Shown in pieces: positions 37,615-46,258 of a stretch of 62,400 nt of DNA. A model generated the notes under the pieces. The model searched no databases and was not told the origin of the DNA. It was given only the letters and a program-made list of their open reading frames with translations. Origin of the DNA: a virus (lineage: Duplodnaviria; Caudoviricetes); IMG/VR virus record IMGVR_UViG_3300009071_000009, positions 1-62,400 of that record. One strand, written 5' to 3'. Each line of letters starts with the position of its first letter. The first letter of the stretch is position 1. A program made the position numbers and the translations under genes.

Positions 37615-38613
37615 ATGGCAAGAAGAAGACCGCTTAGATTAGACGACAGCGATAACCTAATAGAAATGTCTCTTGATGACATGTTGGATGTTAGAAAACG
37701 TATAATTTCGTTATACGGTACTAATCCTTCTGTGTCATTAAGTGTTGTTCCATCTGGTGGTAATTTACCAGGCGCTCCACTATATGATAGAAGAACCATT
37801 TCCACTGGTGCTGTTTTAGCAGGAGATCCTCTTAAACCTTTAAGCACAATAGATGTTGCTTATAATAGAATCACACAAACAATAGATTCTGCGGGCGTAG
37901 CGCCGACATGCCCTGATACAAATCTTAGAGGATTTCCAGTTTATTTAAATGATAGCGATCACATTCAAGCGATGACTGATTCTGATTTTTATGATACTTT
38001 TATGGATTCAGCTATTGATACTCTTACTCTTACTGGGTGGGCAGACAGTACACAAGCCGGAACATATGTAGTATCAACTACTCAATTTGTAGAAGATGCA
38101 GAACTTGTATCAACAACTCCAATTTTTATTAATACTATAGCTGATGTTGAACAATTTAGTTCTGGCCCATTACCTGAAGATTCAGATCAACCATTAGAAT
38201 TAACTTCATATTATTTACATAGAATTAATCCAAACCAAGCGCCGAGCTTTAATTGTATTGTAATTGATGATTCTGATCATTTACAAGAATTAACAGATTC
38301 AGATTTTGATGAATGCCTTTCTAAATCTATTAGATATTCAGCCGCGCGGAGACCTTTAAATCAAATAAGGTATTCATTTGATAGTGGTAATATTAGAACT
38401 ACTGCTATATTAGATACGGTTATTGATTCAACTGGCGGCCCTGTTCTAGATTATGAAGGTAGCACATATGAATCTGAAATAGATAATGAGTACTCGCAGT
38501 ACGATTCTGCGTTGCCATATATAATAAGAGAGGATGGAACATATCGTCAAATTGTTCCAAGCGGCAAAGAAGCAATTTACAGAAGATATTATTTGAAAAT
38601 ACAAAAGGTGTAG
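37615..38613 (+). CDS. DS-rich putative structural protein, paralog of 44843-45823
   Basis: Shares PSV.LS.V.SGGNL, GTY.V.T, PI…T.A.V and terminal YYL motifs. Confidence 0.75.
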   Translation: MARRRPLRLDDSDNLIEMSLDDMLDVRKRIISLYGTNPSVSLSVVPSGGNLPGAPLYDRRTISTGAVLAGDPLKPLSTIDVAYNRITQTIDSAGVAPTCPDTNLRGFPVYLNDSDHIQAMTDSDFYDTFMDSAIDTLTLTGWADSTQAGTYVVSTTQFVEDAELVSTTPIFINTIADVEQFSSGPLPEDSDQPLELTSYYLHRINPNQAPSFNCIVIDDSDHLQELTDSDFDECLSKSIRYSAARRPLNQIRYSFDSGNIRTTAILDTVIDSTGGPVLDYEGSTYESEIDNEYSQYDSALPYIIREDGTYRQIVPSGKEAIYRRYYLKIQKV

Positions 38614-38619
38614 TTTATA

Positions 38620-39087
38620 ATGGCAGTATTTAGTGGAAAGATCATCGAAGCTAAATTCTTAGATCGTCAAAAAACAATGATAGAAATCTTATATAAAGAT
38701 GCAGATAAAATTGTGGCGCATTCTATAGAAGTTGATTGGGAACTAAAAGATTTTCATGATTTATTAGAAGAAATGGATCTTGAAGATATTGAAAGACAAA
38801 CAATCATTAGAAATCAAGACTTAGCTGAACAAAAGAAAGCCGCCGTGACGGCTACTGTTGAAGCTAGATTAGCAGACGGGTTTAAAGAAAAAGCAACTAC
38901 TATTGATGTGCTAATAAAAGAAGTAATTGCTAATAGACATGATGAAAGTTTCTTGTTTAGATTTAAAGCAGAAATATTTAAAATGGAAGAAGTGAGTCTT
39001 TCTTATAAGTGGTTTAAAAAAAGAAAAATACAAAAATCTAAAGATGCATTAGAAATTTTAGCTATATTATATAAAATTATAAAGTGA
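38620..39087 (+). CDS. Hypothetical protein heading the glycosyltransferase island
   Basis: 155-aa ORF. Confidence 0.75.
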   Translation: MAVFSGKIIEAKFLDRQKTMIEILYKDADKIVAHSIEVDWELKDFHDLLEEMDLEDIERQTIIRNQDLAEQKKAAVTATVEARLADGFKEKATTIDVLIKEVIANRHDESFLFRFKAEIFKMEEVSLSYKWFKKRKIQKSKDALEILAILYKIIK

Positions 39088-39094
39088 ACTCATA

Positions 39095-39844
39095 ATGACA
39101 AATAAAGTGATTTACCTCAGATGGGGTGAAAGATACACTGAAGAGCATGTATCACAATTATTCGATAAAGTAAACAAAAATTGTTCAGTTGATTTTGAAT
39201 TTACTACAATTGAAAGTGTTCATCTTGGCGATGAATTTGATTTACTCGCAAAGGGTCAGAGTTCTTGTTTTAGAGGAACGCAAGATCCTGAATCCTCAGT
39301 AACAGACAATCCTAATCAAGATTATTGTAGAGAAGACGCTGGTGGTATGGCTCACTGGCGTAAATATCTCATGTTTAATCGAGATGTTGAGCAATTTAGT
39401 AAAGAAGATACTTTATTGTATTTAGATCTAGATACACTTATCACTGGAGATTTAGCTTACTTTTTTGATTTAGATATGTCTAAACCATATATTGCTAGAA
39501 GTTGGCAATTTGAAATAGATGATTTATGGAGAAAGCTATATAATCTTAGAAGTTGTCCTTACTTTAATAGTTCAGTTTTAGTCTGGAAACCAGGACAATG
39601 TTTACCTGTTTTCGATGAAATGATGAAACAATATTGGAATATGATGTTATCATACGGGAGTAATGATAATTGGTTATTCCATAGATTTGGACCCCATACC
39701 TTTTCAGATGAAAATAGAAACTTTTTTAACTGGTTTCCAGAATACACTGTAGCATCTGATCCTCGTTTTGTTAAAGAAGGTGAAACAATTATTCACACTT
39801 TAGCTGGTTTAACTATGTCTGAAAAGAATAAATTATGTTTATAA
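39095..39844 (+). CDS. GT-A fold glycosyltransferase-like protein
   Basis: RWG..Y, YLDLD (DxD), FNSSVLVW. Confidence 0.75.
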   Translation: MTNKVIYLRWGERYTEEHVSQLFDKVNKNCSVDFEFTTIESVHLGDEFDLLAKGQSSCFRGTQDPESSVTDNPNQDYCREDAGGMAHWRKYLMFNRDVEQFSKEDTLLYLDLDTLITGDLAYFFDLDMSKPYIARSWQFEIDDLWRKLYNLRSCPYFNSSVLVWKPGQCLPVFDEMMKQYWNMMLSYGSNDNWLFHRFGPHTFSDENRNFFNWFPEYTVASDPRFVKEGETIIHTLAGLTMSEKNKLCL

Positions 39845-40485
39845 TAGATGATTACAATATTAATGATAGTTTAGTTGATAGCCTATTTGCATTAGATGAA
39901 AACTGTCCGTGGATGAAAGTTGATTTTTATAGATCATTATCAAAACGCAAATTACAAAAAAATATGTGGTTATATAATGAATTGACAAATATTATACATG
40001 ATCCAAATATAATGTTTAAAGTAAATTGGTTAGCACCAGGATTTTGTTATTATTCTTCTATAGTTTTAAATAAACTAAATTTCACAGATATAAAATTCTA
40101 TGATTATGATCCTTCAGTTAAATATATTAATTATCAATCTACAAAATTAATTAAAAGCGCTAATGTAGAACATATTATGTTAGATGTAGTGTTTGATAGA
40201 GAATTTGTTAGAAAAGATCCAGATTTAGTAGTCTGTCTTTCTACGTCATCTCTTGGTAATAGATTCTCTGAACTTAATGGAAATTACTATAATAATCCTT
40301 TATTTGCTTTAATGGGTTCCAATAAATGTAAACGAGGAAATATCAACGTTTTTGAGAGTATAGATAAATTCATAGAATCAACTGGAATTAAGAATGTTTT
40401 ATACTCTGGCGAAAAAAATATACATGGAGAAATTTATTATTTTGTAATAGGGCATAAGGAAGATGATGTATGCTACAAATTATAG
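39835..40485 (+). CDS. Degenerate class I SAM methyltransferase-like protein
   Basis: YDYDP, DVVFD, Y.VIG; paralogous to 41930-42550. Confidence 0.55.
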   Translation: MFIIDDYNINDSLVDSLFALDENCPWMKVDFYRSLSKRKLQKNMWLYNELTNIIHDPNIMFKVNWLAPGFCYYSSIVLNKLNFTDIKFYDYDPSVKYINYQSTKLIKSANVEHIMLDVVFDREFVRKDPDLVVCLSTSSLGNRFSELNGNYYNNPLFALMGSNKCKRGNINVFESIDKFIESTGIKNVLYSGEKNIHGEIYYFVIGHKEDDVCYKL

Positions 40486-41165
40486 TTTCTAAATGGGGCA
40501 CATTATACGGTGAAGAGTATATAGATCGTTTAAAAGAAAGAATTGAAAAAAATTGTAGTGTACCTTGGAACTTAACAGTTATAAGAGATCATGAAAATGG
40601 TTGGGGAGAATATAGTAAAAAACATTATAGAGGTGAAGGAGAACCAAAAGTAGTTCAAGGGGAAGGATTTCAAAACGATTACCATCATTTTGATTTAGGA
40701 GGAATTCCTTTATATAGAAAAATGTATCCATTTGCAATGGATGATCATTGTAAGCAAGATGATACAATTATGATGATGGACATAGATATGTTAATTACCG
40801 ACGATTTAGCATATTTTACAACTTTATCTACTGACAAACCTTGGATTCAATTTGACTATGATACACCAGAATGGGAACTTATGGATGATTATAAAAATCA
40901 AAATATAACTCCACTAAATAGTTCTGTAACAGTTTGGAAAAAAGGCCAAATGAACCCCGTATATGATTTTGTAAGTAAATATAAAAATGAAGTATTTTTT
41001 ACATATAGACGTGTTGATGCTTATCTTTGGTATTGCTGGGGAGTAAACGACTTTTTTAATTATTTACCAATAGAAGCAGTAGACTGGTACTATAAAGGAA
41101 CAAACGCTATTATAAGAAATATGGCAGGTGAAAAGATCGAGTTTAAAAATGAAATGGTTGTATAA
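40470..41165 (+). CDS. GT-A fold glycosyltransferase-like protein
   Basis: KWG..Y, MDID, LNSSVTVW. Confidence 0.75.
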   Translation: MLQIIVSKWGTLYGEEYIDRLKERIEKNCSVPWNLTVIRDHENGWGEYSKKHYRGEGEPKVVQGEGFQNDYHHFDLGGIPLYRKMYPFAMDDHCKQDDTIMMMDIDMLITDDLAYFTTLSTDKPWIQFDYDTPEWELMDDYKNQNITPLNSSVTVWKKGQMNPVYDFVSKYKNEVFFTYRRVDAYLWYCWGVNDFFNYLPIEAVDWYYKGTNAIIRNMAGEKIEFKNEMVV

Positions 41166-41943
41166 TGCAATGAATCCTAGACCCCCTAAAACGTCTACGA
41201 GCAAAAATAAAATAGTATGCGCTCGGTGGGGAAAACTTTATAGCGAAAGAGATATTGATGATTTATATGAAAAAGTGAAAAAGAATTGTTCAGTAGATTT
41301 TGATTTTGAAGTATTTGACAACTTTAAAAAATATAAACATTGGGAAAAAGCAAAGAAAAAACATTATAGAGCTTCTTTACAACCTGATGAAAGATTTGAT
41401 GCTGTACAAAAAGGATACCACCGCGATGATTTTGGGGGAATTCCTCATTATCGTAAAATCACCATGTTTGATCAAGACAAAAAATTTAATTCAGAAGACA
41501 CAATATTATATCTTGATTTAGACACAAATATTACTGGTGATTTAGCTTATTTTTTTGAAGAGCTTAATTATGCTAGACCATATTTGGTTTGGAATTATTG
41601 GTGGGACGAAAATGATGGTATTGAATGGAAGAGACAATACCATGTCACTCGTTGTCCACTATTTAATAGCTCAGTTATGGTTTGGAAACCAGGCCAAAAT
41701 GAAACTATATATAATTTTGTAGAGAATAATTTAGATGAGTGTTTTTATACTTATCCTTCTATGGATACATTTATGTTCCATAATTTTGGGCCACACAGCA
41801 ATTTAGAAAGAAGAAATCATTTTAATTATTTTGATGAAGGTATAGTTACTTCACAGCGAGTACTAAATAACAATAATCCTGGGATTGTTAATATGCTAGA
41901 AGGACTGAGCGTGGAAGAGAAAAATAAATATGTATCACATTGA
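41149..41943 (+). CDS. GT-A fold glycosyltransferase-like protein
   Basis: RWG..Y, YLDLD, FNSSVMVW. Confidence 0.75.
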   Translation: MKWLYNAMNPRPPKTSTSKNKIVCARWGKLYSERDIDDLYEKVKKNCSVDFDFEVFDNFKKYKHWEKAKKKHYRASLQPDERFDAVQKGYHRDDFGGIPHYRKITMFDQDKKFNSEDTILYLDLDTNITGDLAYFFEELNYARPYLVWNYWWDENDGIEWKRQYHVTRCPLFNSSVMVWKPGQNETIYNFVENNLDECFYTYPSMDTFMFHNFGPHSNLERRNHFNYFDEGIVTSQRVLNNNNPGIVNMLEGLSVEEKNKYVSH

Positions 41944-42550
41944 GAAAAAGGATGTAGATAGATTCCAAAAAATACTTGATCAACTTAAACACGCTTATCC
42001 ATGGGATGGGATGCATGCTAATATATGCGCGCAAGTAGGACCAATTGAATTTCAAATTCAAAAATGGTGGGCCGATAGAATAAATTGTATAGATCAAAGA
42101 GTAGCTATTTTAAATGGTGGTATTGGATATTTTTCAGTTCCATTTGCACATGAAATGGGAGCTAAAAAAATAGATGTATATGATATGGATCCAATCACGG
42201 AAAACTTAAGTTGGTATATAAATGGAAACTATAAACCGGAATTTTGTCACCACCAAAAAAACGTTATTTTTGATAGAAAAGAAATAAAAAATGCTGACGT
42301 ATACATAAATACTAGTTGTGAGCATAGCTATCATATGAGAGATATAATTCCACCAAATAGGCTCTGTGTAATGAGTGGAAATAATTTAACAGCAAGAGGA
42401 CATATAAATTTATTTAAAAATATGCGCAGCTTGAAAAAATCAGTAGGATTTAAAGATGTATTATATGAAACAACTATGGAATTTACATATCATGACGATA
42501 TGGGAAAAAGACCATACAAACAATTTTTAGTAATAGGGATAAAAGCATGA
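41930..42550 (+). CDS. Class I SAM methyltransferase-like protein
   Basis: ILNGGIG (motif I), YDMDP, INTSCEH. Confidence 0.7.
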   Translation: MYHIEKKDVDRFQKILDQLKHAYPWDGMHANICAQVGPIEFQIQKWWADRINCIDQRVAILNGGIGYFSVPFAHEMGAKKIDVYDMDPITENLSWYINGNYKPEFCHHQKNVIFDRKEIKNADVYINTSCEHSYHMRDIIPPNRLCVMSGNNLTARGHINLFKNMRSLKKSVGFKDVLYETTMEFTYHDDMGKRPYKQFLVIGIKA

Positions 42551-43449
42551 AGAAAAGAGTTATTTTTTCAATTTACATTGAAATCCCTGAAGCACTATTA
42601 GATGAGACTGGTTATTCAAAGCATGCGGTTAATAATACGCATAGAGGTGAAAGAGCTGGGGAAACTAAAGATAAACTAAAAGCATATAAAAACAGATTAA
42701 TGTGGAATCAAAAATGGTATGCAGATCAGTGTGATGCAGACTATCATATGTACACTTATGATAAACAGTTTTTAGAATATTATCGTTATTGCAAAAGTGT
42801 GCATGATAAGCTTCCAATGTATCACATTGTAAATTATTACAAAAATCATTTGCTTCAGGAACTAGCAAAAACTTATGATGAAATTTTTTATATGGATATT
42901 GATATTATTCCTAGAACAAAGGATAATATATTTGAAGTCCATAATATGAATAAGCTCTGGGCAAAAAATAATAATGACTTAGCTGAATGGAGTAAGCATT
43001 ATGATTTAACAAAATACAATAGTTGTGATAGAAATCCTGGTATTAAGTATTGGAATTGTTATGCTCTTTTAATTCAAAATGGGCATGACCCTGAAAATAA
43101 CGTTATTAACACCGGAACGATAATAGGCGGCAAAAAAGCAATTATGGCAATGGACTGGCAAGGAGAGTTTGAAGGATTAATTGCTGATTTGCTAAAACTA
43201 CAGGAAGATCAAGCAACTATGTTCCCTGAAGCTTTGCATTCTAGGTTTGCTTTTGATAATGAAACAATGTTTAGTTATTTAGTAAAAACTAAAAAATTGA
43301 AGTATGATACTTTAGATGATATTTGGCATGGAAGATTACCAGATGATGGAGTAGATCCAAGACATAAAATTATTCATGCAATTAATAAGAAATTTGAATT
43401 AATTTGGGATGATGTTCCATATGATGGAAGAACTTTAGGGAAATCATAA
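42547..43449 (+). CDS. GT-A fold glycosyltransferase-like protein
   Basis: YMDID, INTG, DNET, IIHAINK. Confidence 0.7.
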   Translation: MKKRVIFSIYIEIPEALLDETGYSKHAVNNTHRGERAGETKDKLKAYKNRLMWNQKWYADQCDADYHMYTYDKQFLEYYRYCKSVHDKLPMYHIVNYYKNHLLQELAKTYDEIFYMDIDIIPRTKDNIFEVHNMNKLWAKNNNDLAEWSKHYDLTKYNSCDRNPGIKYWNCYALLIQNGHDPENNVINTGTIIGGKKAIMAMDWQGEFEGLIADLLKLQEDQATMFPEALHSRFAFDNETMFSYLVKTKKLKYDTLDDIWHGRLPDDGVDPRHKIIHAINKKFELIWDDVPYDGRTLGKS

Positions 43450-44162
43450 TGCCTCTTACAGAACATTCTTCGGGTCAAACAAATCAAGCACAAAAAATAT
43501 TCGTTTTTAGAATAGGTAAAAAATATGGTGAAGAGTATGAAGAGTACTTGAATCAAAAACTAAAAGGAAGATATGATCTTATTTGGATAAGAAATCCATT
43601 AGATTCAAAAGTAGCGTTGCAATGGAATAAAATGTTTCTTATGAATTTAGATTATCCGGATCCTATTGTTGTAATGGATATTGATATATTATTAGAAAAT
43701 AATTTTCATGAATTATTTGAATATCCTATTCAAAAAGGTGAATTTTTGTCTATTCCGGCGTGGTGGAATGAAAGAGCTGGATATTTATCAAACGGCGGGT
43801 TTTTTAAATACTATCCTAAGGATTGTAAATATATTTTCGATGAATTTATTAATAATTCTAAACATTGGCAGTCACATTATATTAAAGAAGGCATTACTGT
43901 AGGACCAGTAAATGGTGAACAGTATTTTGTTGAAGATCAAGTTAAGAAAAACTTAGATTTAAAATTTGTTCCTAAGTCATGGGTAACTAGATGGACTAAC
44001 GATAGCAGTAAAAATATGAAAATAGCTGATAGATGGAGAAAAAAGGTGGAAGATACACAATTATTTTACCATGAAAAAAATAAATTTAACGAAAATGTTA
44101 AATTTGTTCATTTTACTACCTCTTTAAACAAGCCGCATGAATCTAAATTGTATAAATACTAG
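43449..44162 (+). CDS. GT-A fold glycosyltransferase-like protein
   Basis: WNKM, MDID, NGGF, GEQ, VHFT…KPH. Confidence 0.75.
   Translation: MPLTEHSSGQTNQAQKIFVFRIGKKYGEEYEEYLNQKLKGRYDLIWIRNPLDSKVALQWNKMFLMNLDYPDPIVVMDIDILLENNFHELFEYPIQKGEFLSIPAWWNERAGYLSNGGFFKYYPKDCKYIFDEFINNSKHWQSHYIKEGITVGPVNGEQYFVEDQVKKNLDLKFVPKSWVTRWTNDSSKNMKIADRWRKKVEDTQLFYHEKNKFNENVKFVHFTTSLNKPHESKLYKY
44151..44158 (+). promoter_or_regulatory. T4-type late promoter
   Basis: TATAAATA. Confidence 0.75.
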
Positions 44163-44186
44163 TAACCGTAAAAAAGAGGTTTCAGT

Positions 44187-44840
44187 ATGCCTAGAATTAT
44201 AGATTTACCATCAATTAGTGCAGATTCCGCCGATTCGGCAGATTGGCTCATTCTATACAACGTCGATGCCGCATCAAATGACGCTGTTAATAAAATTAGA
44301 GTTGATCAATTAGCTGAATTAACAGCAGGAGTTGCTGCTTATGGTGATTCTAATGTAGCATTATTTTTAGCTAATAGTGATTCAGCTAATCCTATACAAG
44401 TCGGACAAATGATCATTGATAGTGACTTGGTTGTTCAAGGCGATTTAAGAGTTTTAGGTACAACTACTACAGTTAGTCAAAGTGAATTAAGTATTTCAGA
44501 CAAGTTGCTAATATTAGCTGATAGTGCAGTAACAGATACTGATGCCGATGGTGGTGGTATTCAATTAAACGGCGCTAATGCAACAATTCTATATCAACAA
44601 TCAGATGATACTTGGAATTTTAATAAAAACGTATCTTATCCGAATCAATATTCATTAACAGACACTGATTCATTAAATGAAGGATCTACAAATTTATATT
44701 ACAGCGCTGCAAGATTTGATTCCGATTTAACTAATGCAGATTCGTCAATTACTTCTAGTCAATTAGCTTCTGCTGTTTCTTTAATCATTTATGATTCTAC
44801 TGGATCTGCTATAAAGACGTTGTATGGTGCAGGAGTTTAA
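44187..44840 (+). CDS. DS-rich fibre-type structural protein
   Basis: GDL.V.GTTTTV…I.DK..LA…ADGGGI fibre module; EGSTNLYY; 10 DS. Confidence 0.75.
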   Translation: MPRIIDLPSISADSADSADWLILYNVDAASNDAVNKIRVDQLAELTAGVAAYGDSNVALFLANSDSANPIQVGQMIIDSDLVVQGDLRVLGTTTTVSQSELSISDKLLILADSAVTDTDADGGGIQLNGANATILYQQSDDTWNFNKNVSYPNQYSLTDTDSLNEGSTNLYYSAARFDSDLTNADSSITSSQLASAVSLIIYDSTGSAIKTLYGAGV

Positions 44841-44842
44841 GC

Positions 44843-45823
44843 ATGGCTGGCAATCCTTTAGTATGGGACACATCATCTGAAGATGTACGTCCAGCAAGCG
44901 CGGGACATGTGGAAACACTAATTGAAAGAGGAATTTTCCACTATAGTTCTAATCCTAGTGTGGAATTAAGTTATGTTGCATCTGGTGGTAATTTAAATTC
45001 TATTGATGACACAAGATATGCGCCGAGCGCAGGTTTATCTAGAGTTGATAGATTTCCAACCTCAGCTGAAACTGGAGCAGTTGACCTTATCACTGTATCA
45101 CAACAAAAAATACAACAAACGAAAGCAACGGTAACAAAACCAACAAACGCTAAGCCTTTAGCTTATGTTACAAATACTGGAAATATTAGAGCTCTTCCTA
45201 TTGATGAAGCAGTTGAATTATTAGTAAAGCCGGCAATTGATAGATTAAATTCTAAAGCTGCTATTGACGATGAAAATCGCGGTGGAACTTATTTTGTTAC
45301 TACATCAGTTTCAGCGGCAGATGCTGATAATGTTTCATCTCAACCAATATATACCGATACCAACGCAAATGTTTCTTTTTATGATGCGGAAAGATCTGGA
45401 AATGGATTATTTGTTTCATTAGATACTCCAGCCATTAACACTTCTTGGTATTTACATAAACAAAGAGCAAATGCCTTTGATAGAAATTTAGCGGGAACAT
45501 CTGGAGGGGATGTAAACAGATATCCTCTTTATGTTACACCATCAGGTGATTTAAGACATTACACTGTTGCCGAATATGATAATTTTATTGGCGAATTAAT
45601 TAGATGGGCTGCTGTAAATTTATCAGGTTATATATTAGATTATCAAGTTAGCAATTCTTCTACTGATAATACATATAGAAGTTCAACAATAACTAATACT
45701 TTAGTTGATAGTTCAAAACACTTTACTGAAGAAGTAGGCCTAGATGATTATAGAGGTCAATCAATTCCTCAAGGTACAGCAACCATAATAAATTCTTATT
45801 ATCTTACCCTTTCTAAGAGCTAA
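44843..45823 (+). CDS. Putative structural protein, paralog of 37615-38613
   Basis: Shared motifs along the whole length. Confidence 0.75.
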   Translation: MAGNPLVWDTSSEDVRPASAGHVETLIERGIFHYSSNPSVELSYVASGGNLNSIDDTRYAPSAGLSRVDRFPTSAETGAVDLITVSQQKIQQTKATVTKPTNAKPLAYVTNTGNIRALPIDEAVELLVKPAIDRLNSKAAIDDENRGGTYFVTTSVSAADADNVSSQPIYTDTNANVSFYDAERSGNGLFVSLDTPAINTSWYLHKQRANAFDRNLAGTSGGDVNRYPLYVTPSGDLRHYTVAEYDNFIGELIRWAAVNLSGYILDYQVSNSSTDNTYRSSTITNTLVDSSKHFTEEVGLDDYRGQSIPQGTATIINSYYLTLSKS

Positions 45824-45827
45824 TTTT

Positions 45828-45835
45828 TATAAATA
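45828..45835 (+). promoter_or_regulatory. T4-type late promoter
   Basis: TATAAATA. Confidence 0.75.
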
Positions 45836-45892
45836 GAATAAAGAGGCAGGGGCGCTGTTCGCGTCCGACAAAGAAATCGGTAGGAGTATTTC

Positions 45893-46258
45893 ATGGCCCA
45901 ATATGAAGAATTCACCTTAGCTCAAGGTGCAGACATAGCAATTGAGCTACATTTAGTAGACGACCAAGGATCTCCAAAAGATCTAACAAACCATACGGTT
46001 TCAGCGCGAATACAAAAATCGTATTCATCTACAACTTTCACGGATTTCAATTCAATAATCGCAGCGCCGCCTTCTGACGGTATTGCTACTATATCATTAA
46101 ATAATACTCAAACTGAAGCTTTGGAAAAGGGACGTTATGTTTATGATGTAATGCTTTCTTTTGTTGATAGCGCAGGTGATACAATAGCTGAAAGACTATT
46201 AGAAGGAAGAGTTCAAGTAACACCAAATGTTACTCCAACTCCAGGAGGCAGCGAATAA
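45893..46258 (+). CDS. Small Ig-like virion protein
   Basis: QGAD…DLT…GRYVYDV…RLLEG…VTPNVT, common ahead of fibre genes in T4-like phages. Confidence 0.75.
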   Translation: MAQYEEFTLAQGADIAIELHLVDDQGSPKDLTNHTVSARIQKSYSSTTFTDFNSIIAAPPSDGIATISLNNTQTEALEKGRYVYDVMLSFVDSAGDTIAERLLEGRVQVTPNVTPTPGGSE

